DNA from: Octopus sinensis
Lineage: Eukaryota
DNA: 64,000 nt
NCBI RefSeq assembly: GCF_006345805.1
Contig: NC_042999.1
Location: forward strand, 146,630,001-146,694,000
Direction: 5' to 3'
A program made the translations under genes and the position numbers. The notes below the pieces were generated by a model. That model did no database searches. It was not told the DNA's origin and worked only from the letters and a program-made list of their open reading frames with translations. This document shows, piece by piece, positions 25,250 to 38,128 of the stretch; the stretch's first letter is position 1; the number at the start of each line of letters is the position of its first letter.

Positions 25250-26012
25250 CCTCCTTTGCACCACATAGGCTCAACTCTCCTTCCTTCTTCATCTAATTCT
25301 CCTCCTCTCTCCTGTCTTCATCGCACACCTACTTCCTCCCACCCACCTCTCATCTCTTGCTCTGGAAATCTACTTCCTCTCTTCACACCTACCCACCTAC
25401 TCCTTTCCACCCTCTCCCTTTATTGTCACCCTTCCTACGTTACCCTACCCCTACACATTCTAACCTCACCATCCCTATACTTGCCATCCCACCCACATCC
25501 CATCCCTAGACCCCACCCTTGCTTCTCCCACTCTCGCTCCCCACACCCCAACACCACTACACTACACCACCACATCACACACCACCACACCGCCACACCT
25601 CATACCACCATACGACACCACACCACATCACCCCGCACACACTAGCACTGACCAATTCCCAGAACCCACACCATCATCCATACACCTACACATGCACACA
25701 CGCACATGTCAATGTCACCAGCCCCCTTCAATACACATACGCACGCGCACCTTCGTTTTCGGATCACCACTACATTATAATCTTCCCTTCTTCCTATCTT
25801 TCCTGTGTGACCCCTCTGTCCGGTATTCACCATGATAGATCGCTAGCCATTAAACATTTTTCTATTTTCTCTCCATGTTTATCTTTGTGTTTCTCTCTGT
25901 CGAAGAGTGTAGGCTCCAAACGTAAAAAAAAACTTTCTCACTTTCCGAACGTTAAATGAATACATCTGTTTGTTGCTTACACACCTGTCTTCGTCTGTTT
26001 ATTTGTTAATCC
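25250..26012 (+). mobile_element. Penelope-like element 3' fragment
   Basis: Starts with SFAPHRLNSPSFFI* (resembles the PxGLN C-terminus of PLE GIY-YIG), followed by a C-rich UTR, the hammerhead-like CTGTCGAAGAGTGTAGGCTCCAAACGTA and a (TA)n end. Confidence 0.55.
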
Positions 26013-26027
26013 TCAATATATATGTAC

Positions 26028-26137
<110 letters not shown>

Positions 26138-26186
26138 TATACATACATATATATTGAGAATTTACAAAAAGAAACGACGAAGACAG

Positions 26187-26234
<48 letters not shown>

Positions 26235-26557
26235 GCACACAAAGAGAGAGAAGACACACACACATATAAATATATGTACATATATCCATGCATACATATG
26301 TCTGTGTGTGTGTGTGTGGGTGTGTGTGTGTATAGAGGTATAAGTAACAATTTGTATTTACGTAATATCAGGAACAATATGTCGCGCATATATTCAATGA
26401 ATTCTTTTCACGCAAAACTTTTTTAGCTGAGAAATCAATATGTATGATAAAATATATGCATTCGAAATGACAATATAATTACTTACGATGAACTGAAACG
26501 GAAGGGTATTCGAAAATAGAAACATTATGATTTATATTAAAATACTTATAATACATA

Positions 26558-26643
26558 CAGGGTGTACCGAGCCAGGATAAATTGTCATCGTTATCCGAGC
26601 ATATCGTCCGTATCGCCTAATATTGATTCGCGTGCGCTCACAC

Positions 26644-26686
<43 letters not shown>

Positions 26687-26757
26687 TATACATACGTACA
26701 TGCGTACAAAAGATCAAACCTGCATAAATTCATATACATACATAGGTAGATATGTGA

Positions 26758-26834
<77 letters not shown>

Positions 26835-26835
26835 C

Positions 26836-26899
<64 letters not shown>

Positions 26900-27055
26900 T
26901 TATGTACGTATATGAATTTATGCATGTATGATTTTTTGTACGCATGCACGTATGTATATGCGCGCGCGTGTCTGAGTGCGCGTGAATCAATATTAGGCGG
27001 TGCGGAGGATATGCTCGGATAACGATGACAATTTATCCTGTCTCGATACACCCTG
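26558..27055. mobile_element. Tc1/mariner-type MITE with ~190 bp inverted arms around a (CTAT)n centre
   Basis: TA|CAGGGTGTA...TACACCCTG|TA; the arms are reverse complements with moderate divergence. Confidence 0.85.
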
Positions 27056-27067
27056 TATTGCGCATTA

Positions 27068-27772
27068 CTCAATATGCTCACTAAAGGGCATCATTCTGTA
27101 TTCTGGGAACGCAATCTGTTGTCGATGCAGAGTGCATCTGCGTCTGAGCAATGCACTCTGCATCGACAACAGATTGCATTCTCAAAATACAGAATGATAC
27201 CTTTTAGTGAACATATTGAGAAATACGCAAAGCAACTACTACCACAATTTATAATCTTTCCATTCTATCAATGTGCTATTGGAACACCAACACAAGTTAG
27301 ATTAAACAAGGAAACATTCTTCATTGAAAAATATAAGCCAAAACGTAACCATTTCTAACATTTTTAAACAAGGAAACTAATCTCATTGAAAAAAATATAA
27401 AGCAAAACCTAACCACATTATATTCCTTCTAAACTAAATAATGTTTATTTAGTCATACCTAACATGTTTGATTATCTCCCTTATACCGGAAAAAATCCCT
27501 GATTACCTTCCTCTGTCTGGAACCCCATATTTAACTACATAGCGAAGACATGAAACGATGTAAGTAAAGAAATTTGAGAAATTTGAAAAGAAAATACGAA
27601 ACCGGTTATTTCTGCAAAAACTATGTTACTATACACAAACTTTTATAACATTTTTCTAACATAACGACTCAAAAATATTCTTTAAACTTATAAAACAAGC
27701 CTTCTGTAGTTTATTCACTCTTTTTTATTTTTTATACATCCAAACACGTGCTTTCACTCACCAACTCCCTCA

Positions 27773-27776
<4 letters not shown>
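27068..27776 (+). mobile_element. 5'-truncated Penelope-like element with 5' fold-back inversion; GIY-YIG C-terminus plus 3' UTR
   Basis: ORF tail CTLHRQQIAFSKYRMIPFSEHIEK...FIIFPFYQC...RLNKETFFIEKYKPK.N. 27068-27137 is the inverted copy of 27151-27220. GAAACCGGTT occurs at ~27598, and the element ends at (TA)n. Confidence 0.75.
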
Positions 27777-27808
<32 letters not shown>

Positions 27809-27874
27809 GAAAGAAATGGGTCAACAATTAACAATTAGAAGTTCCGGTGGCTGGTCTGCTTCTTTTTATATATG

Positions 27875-28070
27875 TATGTATATGTTTGTGTGTCTGTATT
27901 TGTACCCCACCATCGTTTGACACCTGATGTTGGTGTGTTTACGTCCCTGTAACTTAGTGGTTCGGCAAAAGAGACAGATGGAATAGGTCCTGTAGTTGAT
28001 TTGTTCAATTGGAGGTGGTGCTCCGGCATGGCTGCAGTCAACGGACTGAAGCAGTAAAAGAATAAAAGAA
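27875..28070 (+). mobile_element. SINE 3' half
   Basis: GGTGTGTTTACGTCCC.GTAACTTAG.GGTTCGGCAAAAGAGAC...GACTGAA.CAGTAAAAGAATAAAAGAATA. Confidence 0.8.
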
Positions 28071-28081
28071 TACACACATAT

Positions 28082-28123
<42 letters not shown>

Positions 28124-28433
28124 AAACTGTTTTAAATAATATATGTAACTCCATTAAATGGTTATAGCTTAATCATAGTTAAAATAACATTTTATCTATA
28201 ACATTTTAAATATAATTAAGCAATAACCATTTAATACCAACGATCAACTTCTAATTGTTAATTATTTGCTCAATTTCCTTTCTTTTCTGAATATATTAAA
28301 CCACGATTTACCATTTAAATTACCAACTACTGTTAACCTTATAGTAAGGCCTATACATAATTAGGTAATGAACCAGTAGTGCTTACGGATACAGTTATCC
28401 TTTAGACGGTTGCCTAACCTCTAACTCATAATT

Positions 28434-28483
<50 letters not shown>

Positions 28484-28538
28484 GTGTGTATGTATATGTA
28501 TATATATATATACATATACATATATATATATATATATT

Positions 28539-28594
<56 letters not shown>

Positions 28595-29627
28595 CATATA
28601 TATGTTTGTATACTTATGTATCTTTATATACATACACATACGGAGAAAAACACACACGCACACACATATATGTATATGAATATGTAAGGTTGTATATGTA
28701 TGTAATTCAGAGGAAAAGTGTAATCAAGAGACGGGGGCTTTAGAACAATGGAGAGTGAGATAAAGAGAGAGAGAGAGAGAGAGAGAGAAAAGAAGAAGAA
28801 AAGGAGGGAGATAGAGGAAGAACAAAAAGGGAGAGAGAGAGAGGGAGAATTTTGACGATGTGTATTACTGAATTTATTGTTATGCAGTGGCAGATGATAC
28901 TATCAAGATGGTGGAAGGCAGTGGTTACTGTAACATGTGGTGAAAAACAAAAGACCAGTAATTTATCAGTTTGTGATATCATTGTATGCAGAACGCATGT
29001 TATTAAACAGGTTCTTGATATGGAACTGATATATTGGAATGAGTCCAACCTCGAAGAGCAAGCCAGATAAAAACAGTAGAGAAGCAATACGCAATATCAC
29101 CATCAATAGCATTACTATCATCACCGCTGCCACCACCACTATCACTATCACTATCACCTACAGCAACAACAACAGCAATACCAAAAACAGCAAATGTAAT
29201 ATAACGAAGCGTTATAGGATATAACACTATAATTTCGAAAATTTCTGGGTCAGCAACTGAAACAAATATCGGAGAGATATGTAATAACATGACACACTGT
29301 GTTAACCTTTTAGGAATTTGAATGTAGGTTCTTGAGAAAGCCAGCAGTTGAGAAGATTAAAATTGACCAGCACGAGAAAGAAATATGCTTCACAGACCTT
29401 GTTTATAAGCATGATACTAAACTAACTCATGTTATGAATATATATATATATATGTGTGTGTATGTATGTATGTATGTATGTATGTACGTATGTATGTATG
29501 TATGTATGTATGTATGTATGTATGTATGCTAAACTGTAAAACTGCAGCTTACGCTAGTTGGCTGGTGTATACTCAAAATGTTGAGCTTTCCCGTTGCCAA
29601 ATTTCTCCCCCAATATTTCAGAGAGTT

Positions 29628-30400
29628 AAGCGGTGAGCTGGCTGAAACTTTAGCACGACGGGCGAAATGCGGAGCTGTATTTCGTCTGCCGTTACATTCT
29701 GAGTTCAAATTCCGCCGAGGTCGACTTTGCCTTTCATCCTTTCGTGGTCGATAAATTAAGTACCATTTACGCACTGGGGTCGATATGATCGACTTAATCC
29801 GTTTGTCTGTCCTTGTCTGTATCCTCTGTGTTTAGCCCCTTTTGGGTAGTAAATAAATAGGTAGTTCGTCTGCCGTTACGTTCTGAGTTCAAATTCCACC
29901 GAGTTCGACTTTCCCTTTCATCCTTTCAGAGTCTATTAAATAAGTACCAGTTACGCACTGGGGTCGATATAATCGACTTAATCCGTTTGTCTGTCCTTGT
30001 TTGTCCTCTCTGTGTTTAGCCCCTTGTGGGTAGTAAAGAAATAGGCATTTCGTCTGTCTTTATGTTCTGAGTTCAAATTCCGCCGACATCGACTTTGCGT
30101 TAAATTAAGTTGCGTACTGAGGTCGATCTAATTGACTGCCCCTCACTTGCCCCACAGAATTTCAGGCCTTGTGCCTAGGATAGAAACTATGTTCTGAGTT
30201 CAAATTCTGCTGAAGTCGACTTTGCCTTTCATCCTTTCGGGGTCGATAAATTAAGTGGCAGTTGCATACGGAGATCGATCTGATCGACTGGTCTCCTCCC
30301 CAGGAATTTCGGGCCTTGCGCCTAGAGTAGAAGAGGAACGTTAGCATGCCAGGTGAAATGCTAAGTGACATTTCATCCGTCTTTACGTTCAGAGTTCAAA
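29628..30400 (+). mobile_element. SINE with tandemly amplified internal unit (~177-180 bp) plus further copies
   Basis: TTCGTCTGCCGTTAC.TTCTGAGTTCAAATTCC recurs at ~29680, 29865 and 30050, with B-box segments again at 30190 and 30385. Confidence 0.88.
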
Positions 30401-30942
30401 GAGAGGAAAGTCGGTTGCGTGGCACACTCAGCATGTTGTACTGAATATTTTATATTTACTTTTGTTTTCAAATGTTCTCTGTTCAAATCCCTCAAAAGGT
30501 GACTTCATATATTTATTTAAATTCTATTGTATATCCCACGTGATTACCAATTGCGTCGTTGGTTGCTGTTCCCAACTTAGTAATCATTGGTCCTCTATAA
30601 ATGTCAATGCACTGTAGTGACGAGGGAGTGTCTGTAACTCAATACAAAACATATCTCAACAGGGTTCTTGTTTATAGAGCATCGATTTTTACTTCTGCCG
30701 ATGATTTTACATCGGCAAATGTTATAATCAAACACAAGTGAAAAGGGCACTGTAGCATGACCTACGTAATGATAACAAAAACAAATGAAAGAACACACAC
30801 CTGCTCACACATACATGCACACCCATAGACATACACGTAGACGCACACATGTGCACACACACCTAACTTCTAGTTAAAATATATTTTATAATAAATTTCA
30901 CCGTACATTTAATACTGTCACCTTCTATCAGTAAATTTTCAG

Positions 30943-31247
30943 TTGGAATGTTAAATCCCAAAAGAATGGTGGCGTCTTTATTTGCTACTACTTTGGCAGG
31001 CTTATGTTCCCACCAGTTTTGCTATGGGAGTCCTGACTTACTGACCAAGTCTATCATGGCGATTATTATATTCATTTTGAGAGTAACAGAAAACATTCAC
31101 ATAAGCGGTAAGCTGTTTCTCTGGTTGAACCAGGAAATATAATAATCTGTATTTTATGCCTACGCATCGAAGTGTATTAGTAATCACAAGCTGTTTTCAA
31201 TGTTTTTTTTTTTTGTAACAGGTCATTGCAAGATGAATTCACAATAA
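30943..31247 (+). other. Candidate two-exon segment (30943-31107 and 31222-31247) of an unrecognised small gene
   Basis: Acceptor TTTTCAG|, a 165-nt open phase-1/phase-1 exon, donor G|GTAAGC, a 114-nt intron with long T-tract ..TAACAG|, a stop at 31247 and AATAAA at 31353. No homology recognised. Confidence 0.3.
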
Positions 31248-32199
31248 GAAATCATATCTGGACATCTAAATCGATTCCGCGGCAATGGAACATATCGTCG
31301 AGAATATGCTGCAATTTACAATTTAAAGTAAAATATAATTTGGAAATATTATAATAAACTCATTTATTTTCGTAATTTTCAATTTTGAATAATATAAATA
31401 TTTATAATTTATGAACTGATAATTGATTTCTTTCTATCTCAGTTTTTTTTTACCAAATATTTATTAGAAATTAAAATATAATCAAACTGTAAAATCAGCT
31501 GGTTTTTTTTTTGCTGGAAAAATCAAAGGTGTAGATATAGATTTCTAATTAATGAATGGACCACAACAATTTGAAGAGTAGTTCTACGATTTTATTGACC
31601 GTTGATGCCTGAATATTGAATATGAAAGGCAACAGAAACTCAGCTAGAGATGAACTCATTGAAATCAGAATGCAAATGAGCTAGAAAAATCAATGTAAAG
31701 CATTTGCACTTCTTGTACTTAGTCTAACATCCACTGTTCTCAGAGGGGTATAAAGCTTTTGTAACTCAGACACGAAGCGGCGAATTCTGGGGTAAGAGAG
31801 TAGTCGATAGTATTGTCATTGTTATTTGAGAAAATAGATCCTAATGGAACTTTAAACCCAGAATGTCCCTTTACGTGGCTCAACTACCGATCGCTGTAAA
31901 TGATTTCCCGTTTGTAAAGTGGACAAACTGACAGAATCATTAGTCCATGAGACAATATCCCCAGTGGTATTTCCTCTGGCTTTTTAAGTTTTGCGCTCGA
32001 AATCACTGAAATAATTTTGCTGCTCATCCTTGCGGGAGTCGGTAAAATACAGGATCAGTCAAGTACTAAGATCGATGTAATCAACAATCACCTTTCCCTA
32101 AAATTGCTAGCTTTATCAAAATTTCAGAGAATTATTTCTGGTTTAAACTCGTTCATGCTAATTATTTTGCTAATGTGCTTGAGCAATGAAGTTACATTA

Positions 32200-32265
32200 G
32201 GGCCGACCAAAGCATTGTGTGTGGATTTGGTAGATGGAAACTGAAAGAAGCCCGTCATATGTATG

Positions 32266-32307
<42 letters not shown>

Positions 32308-32557
32308 CGTGTGTGTGTGTGTGTTTGTGTGTCTGTGTTTGTCTCCACAAAATCGCTTGACAACCGATGCTGGTGTGTTTACGTCCCCGTAACTTAGCGG
32401 TTCGGCATAAGTGACCTATAGAATAAGTACTAAGCTTACAAAGAATAAGTCCAGGCTTACAAAGAATAAGTCCTGTGGTCGATTTGCTCGAATAAAAGCA
32501 GTGCTCTAGGATGGCCACAGTCAACTGACTGAAACAAGTACAAGAGTACAAGAGTAC
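32200..32557 (+). mobile_element. SINE (second family) lacking its head, with internal (TA)(TG) tract
   Basis: Homologous to 39370-39720; tail repeat CAAGAGTA. Confidence 0.85.
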
Positions 32558-33898
32558 TCTGTTAACTAAAATTTTTGCCTAAATAGGAAAATGCCGACGC
32601 CTTAAAAAATTGGCAGTACTGGCAGAGGTATATATCCATTTATTTAGTTATATGATATATTAGTTACTTCGGTAAAATCGGATCTTGTTAATTTTCCGAA
32701 AGTCCCTCCCCACCCCCAGGGTCATCAGCACGCATTTTTTTCTTCATATTCGTTTTCCACATATATATTAACATCCACCAGACTGGTTTATTATTGTTTT
32801 TGTTCCCGGGTGAAGATCTTTATATTGACCAATCTCACGATTGTCAACTTTGTCTTTCGGTCGATAAAAAAAAGTACCCGTGAAGGGTATGTCACTCTTA
32901 TCAACTAAACCCTTCCTCCCAAAGTTTCTAGACTTGTGTCTAAATACAGACGGGATCGATTTTCCTTTCCAATTATTCTAGTGTTTTGTAGAATACGTAC
33001 TAGAATTGATATATTCGACTGTTTGCTATCTCAAAACTTAGAAATCAATATTTACTACCTGCGCAAAAGTTAGAAATCAATACGTACTACACATAACTAT
33101 TTACTCAACATGAGGTGGCACTGAAATAGCAAATGCATTGAACCAATACCATATGTCACGTAATTAACTATTGAAAACGCAATGATCTGTTAATTGGCGC
33201 GACAATCTACGAATTGCTCACTGCCTTGCACGGTAATTAATGGCCTTTATATTATAAGGCAAGTTTATTAGACAAACGAGAGCTGTTTGAATATCGCTTA
33301 TTGACGCTAAAACAGCAAATGGATAAACATCGAAGTTGGTAAATAGTTAAACAGTTTTCCGCCCATAAGGTTGGTGTTATCAGTTCAGCTTATTCATTAT
33401 TTTATATGTCTTGACATTTAAATTAAGAAAATTATATCTAGTACATAATAACAGTAAGTTACAATAGTAATTCGTGCCTAGAATTTATCAAGATTTAACA
33501 AATGTGAACACATTGTCTATATTTTTTTATGCATGACTTTGATTGAACGTGCCTGTGCGTATGTTTCTTTTCGTTCCGAAACAAAAAATTTTCAGACTCA
33601 CAATTATTTGTTTAATTTACATTCGCTAATTAATCAGTAATACATATACTTACATGCATACATATTGAAATGAAACATAATGATGACATCCATACATACA
33701 AACATACATAGACATAAAGATATGCGTAAACACGCACGCGCACTCCCCACACACGGACACGATGCGTGAGTGTGCATATATATGTGTGTCTGCGTATTTC
33801 TATATGTGCGCGTATTCTAATACACATGTGTGCAAGTAACACTTAGTGCGTGAGTGCGTATATATACACACACACAAATACACACATACACATATATG

Positions 33899-34034
33899 TA
33901 TGTATAGAGTGCTTGAAGTGGTATACAGGTATTGTATATTGAGAAAAAGGAGGCAGTGAGAGTATGTACATACATATACATACATGCAATCATATATATA
34001 TATATTTATATATATATGCATATGTGTGTGTGTA

Positions 34035-34077
<43 letters not shown>

Positions 34078-34160
34078 TATATATATGTATGTATGTATGT
34101 ATAGAGTGTTTGAAGTTGTGTACAGATATTGTATATTGAAAAAAAGGAGGCAATCAGAAT
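33899..34160. repeat. Two copies of a ~65 bp unit separated by microsatellite
   Basis: TGTATAGAGTG.TTGAAGT.GT.TACAG.TATTGTATATTGA.AAAAAGGAGGCA at ~33900 and ~34098. Confidence 0.85.
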
Positions 34161-35138
34161 ATATATATATATATAATTGTTTTTTATTGGTATCGATCTT
34201 GAAAAAGTTCATGTCGACACTTGGAATACCATTCATTTAACGAGGCTAGCTCGTAAGTATTGAATTTCAAGCATAATATGTAAGTAAGATGCTGGCAAAC
34301 GAAACTTTTAGCTGATAGGCAATATCTCTGACTAATCCTTTGTTAACTGTCCATAAAATATTAACAAAGAGAACAAAAGCCAAATAATAAATTGAAGAAA
34401 GATGCACTTCTTATATTTTAAATGTCCATTCATAATGACTATCGAGTAATTTTATTGCATCTTCAGTTTTGTCTTGTGTTTTTATTGAGTGAAGCCGTTC
34501 ACTGTTAAGCCATAAATCAATTATGGCTTCAAGAACCGTAATGTTTTAGATAACATTTCAATCGAAATAAACTTATGGTTGTGTTGCTGTATTTAGAGAC
34601 GATTTAGAATCAGCCAGAATGAATTGACCAGCGAAGTATATTTCTAAGTAGTCGACATCCTTACTAGAAAAAGCAGCCATTTATTATTAGATCACACGCT
34701 ACTGTTTGGTAATAAAAGAAAGTTCGTGTTGGATAATGTAGGCTTTGATAAAGAGAAATATTGAGTGGGTGGACAAGGCTGAAATGTTTGTGTATATCAT
34801 TCTGCTTATTCAGGTTTGTTTTCGTACTATATAAAATAACAAAATAAGAGCATTGATCACTTTATTTCATAGTGCATCAAGTATTTCATTGTTTTAATGA
34901 TCGAGCCTGCTTTTAAACAGTTGTAAGTGATTCGAAGAATAGTTGACTACTATGTCTGAAGTAGAATGGTCATGTTAACACTGGCTTATTTGCTAATGAC
35001 CATACGGCGTTTCGACTGGCAAACTTAATACGCCAAGCAACTGAGTTGAGAATTTCCTTTATCTCTTGGTAGTAGAGTGTTATTTGAAGGAATTTTAGCT
35101 GCAAATTCAAAGGATGAGTTATCCATCAGAAGTTGCTG

Positions 35139-35196
<58 letters not shown>

Positions 35197-35399
35197 GTTC
35201 TCTCTCCTCTCATCCTAATTTGGCTCAGTTATTATCCTAGAGAATTTAATAATTTAATCATAATAAAGCGGGTTTATCAGTAAAGTAATGCGAGTCATTT
35301 TATACTACGTAAACAAATTTATATTGGAAAAATATTAAGTATATATCTCTGATGATTTCTCGTATGATCATTGTTTTTGCTTGCTGGAAGTGGGGGAAG

Positions 35400-35780
35400 C
35401 GGCGGGGGTGGGGCATAGCTGTTGCAACCCTCCGGGAGCTGTGAAATTCTAACTGTTAATGGTTCCCTTGCCTATTTGCAACATTTACGGGAAAGATATG
35501 AGCAGGGAGAGAATTCCAGAGAGACAACGATCCATTTACGGAGAATTGGAGTAATTGATTACTGTGACTGGAAATAGCAAATGTCATAACAGAAGAAGAG
35601 ATACGTGAGTCAAGTAAGTCTGAAGGGAGATGGCATGGGCCAATACAGTCCCTTGAAGCAGAGGCCATTAAATTTGTGATAGAAAACTCAGAGAAAATAG
35701 TATATCTGAAAGCCAAAGGCGGGAGCGAACGTGTTACTGAGTTACTTCAACCAACCAGTCAACTGACCAGCTTTTGGATG
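35400..35780 (-). mobile_element. Degraded LINE 3' end (CR1/L2/Jockey group)
   Basis: Minus-strand peptide LWNSLPAHIFPV, the WNxLP motif typical of ORF2 C-termini, followed by a short UTR. Confidence 0.55.
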
Positions 35781-36599
35781 CCGTCTAGCATGCCTCGGTT
35801 ACTGCAGGTGCATCATATCGGATGTGAAAGTAATACTTTATTATAAGCATCTCCTGAGCTATATAACGTGTCGATAATTGATTGTAGCTGGCGTATATAC
35901 TCTGGTGGTATATAACTGACGGTATACCTATTAACTTAATACCAGTGATGCTTTCATCAACGGAGCTATAGCAAACCTCTAATCAACGTAATTACGATGG
36001 ATATCTCAACCAACATATTTACAATGATACACGCAACGGTATATACATAATCCTATACACTTTAACACAACTATTGCGATATGCTCGTAAACATAATTAC
36101 TGAGATATCCTAATTAACATGTTCACAGCAATAACCATATGAACAGATTCACAATCCTTATCAATATTCTCACAACCATCTTCCCGTTTCTCATCTACTT
36201 CATCCGCCCTGGCTCCAGTACCGTATTATCATTATAATGATCAATGCTTCAATAACAGAACCGTTAGTAGTAATTCTTTTTTGTTTTACTGTTTTTTTTT
36301 TTTTCTGTTCGACATTTTACAAACACGTTTGTTCAGAGCCAGAACAATAAAGAATTCCATGTATGCAAAAGAAACTGGAAATTTATAGCTATAAAGGTAG
36401 CGAAACTTTATGAATATTTTTCCTCTTTATCTTCTGAGGCGCTTCTGACATTAATGGGAGAAACCTTGCATCGTTCCTTTCACTCACTCCCACTACATAT
36501 AATAACGGAACAGCCATTTTTCATCTTGCTTTTAGTGCCATTAATATCCGTTATGTTTCATTGATTCACAACTACACCTGAGCGAAAACGACAACACCA

Positions 36600-36642
<43 letters not shown>

Positions 36643-36777
36643 TCACCACCACCAACAGCAACAACAACCACAATAATAATAATAACAATAATAATAATAG
36701 TAATAATAATAGTAATAATAATAATAATAGTAATAATAATAATAATAATAATGATAATAACAATAATAATGATAATA

Positions 36778-36821
<44 letters not shown>

Positions 36822-36986
36822 TAATAATAATAATAATAATAATAATGATATATTGTTCACGGACAAACAAATAAGCAAACAAGCAAACAAACAAAGAAAC
36901 ACGACTGAAAACAATACCTCTGCCTTCGCTAAGACGGCGGTAATAGGGATGGTGATGATGATGATGATGATTACGACGACGACGAC

Positions 36987-37018
<32 letters not shown>

Positions 37019-37035
37019 CGATGATGATAATAATA
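36600..37035. repeat. Compound (CTA)/(TAA)/(GAT) trinucleotide field
   Basis: Direct reading. Confidence 0.95.
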
Positions 37036-37059
37036 TGTGAGATGTAAGTGTTCCCACTG

Positions 37060-37445
37060 TAAAGGAATTTGACAAATTAAGTAAATATAAGGCCCTGGAA
37101 ACTGAAGTGCAACAGATATGGCATCTTAAGGTGAGAACTGGTCCTGTTATTTCGAGTGCTCTAGATATGATAAAAAAGGAATGTCAGAAATATCTAGATA
37201 ATATCCCAGGAGAGCCAGGTCTCATAGAAATCCAAAAGATAGCGCTAAATACTGCCCATATTTTAGAAAAAACCCTATCAATTTAAATGTAACTGTTGTA
37301 ATACATGAAGATATTTCGCTACTGTCCCTGCGAGTTACCCTCCCCAATCTTTCAGTCATATGTAACATCTTCATCCTTCACTCGCCCTAGGACACTGGGT
37401 ATGTCTCGGCAAGTGAGTGTAACAAACAAATCAGAACACATCAGA
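37060..37445 (+). mobile_element. R4/Dong-type (RLE) retrotransposon 3' end
   Basis: KEFDKLSKYKALETEVQQIWHLKVRTGPVISSALDMIKK...IEIQKIAL.TAHIL matches the EK..KY..L...PV..GALG...IQK..LL.TAHILR pattern. Confidence 0.8.
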
Positions 37446-37479
37446 AAGTGATAAGTGAAAATTTTTGGACAAAATGGTA

Positions 37480-38105
37480 AAACCGTATGGCATATTGCCA
37501 GTCAATGTACGCCACTAGCCCCAAAAGAATATAAGAGACGTCATGATGATATAGCAAGTATTGACCATCACACACTTTGAAACAAATATGGATTTGACAG
37601 AGGAAAAAGTGGTACGAACATAAACCCGAAGGCATCATCGAAAATGATAATGCAAAAATCCTATGGGATTTTATAAGTCAGTGCGATAGAAAATAGGAAA
37701 CCAGATATATTGTTAATTGAGAAAGAAGCCAAAAGATCCCGGAACATAGATATAGTATCTCAGCTGACAACAAGGTATGCGATAAGGAAGAAAGAAGAGT
37801 CGATAGATATGACAGGTTAGCTTGGGCGGTTAAGCAGTTGTGATCTCTGAAAAAGGTGGTATTAGTACCAATAATTGTCGAAGACCCCTGGGAACAGTGA
37901 GCAGAAATCTTGAGAAGTACATGGGACAAATAAAGGTTGCAATAAGGGTGGAGCACTAGCAAAAAACAGCACTGCTTGGAACTGCTCGATACTTCGGATG
38001 GTGTTTGAAAAATAAAGGGAGCTACCTTATTCACTGGTAGTGAACAGTTGATATTGTGATACATCTCCAGTGTTAGAAACTGTGCAAAGACAATAAACTA
38101 ATAAG
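37480..38105 (+). mobile_element. Second R4/Dong-type 3' fragment (different family)
   Basis: EYKRRHDDIA, KWYEHKPEGIIENDNAKILWDF and RKPDI motifs; ends TAAACTAATAA. Confidence 0.85.
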
Positions 38106-38128
38106 AAGAATCATAATTGTAATTATAA

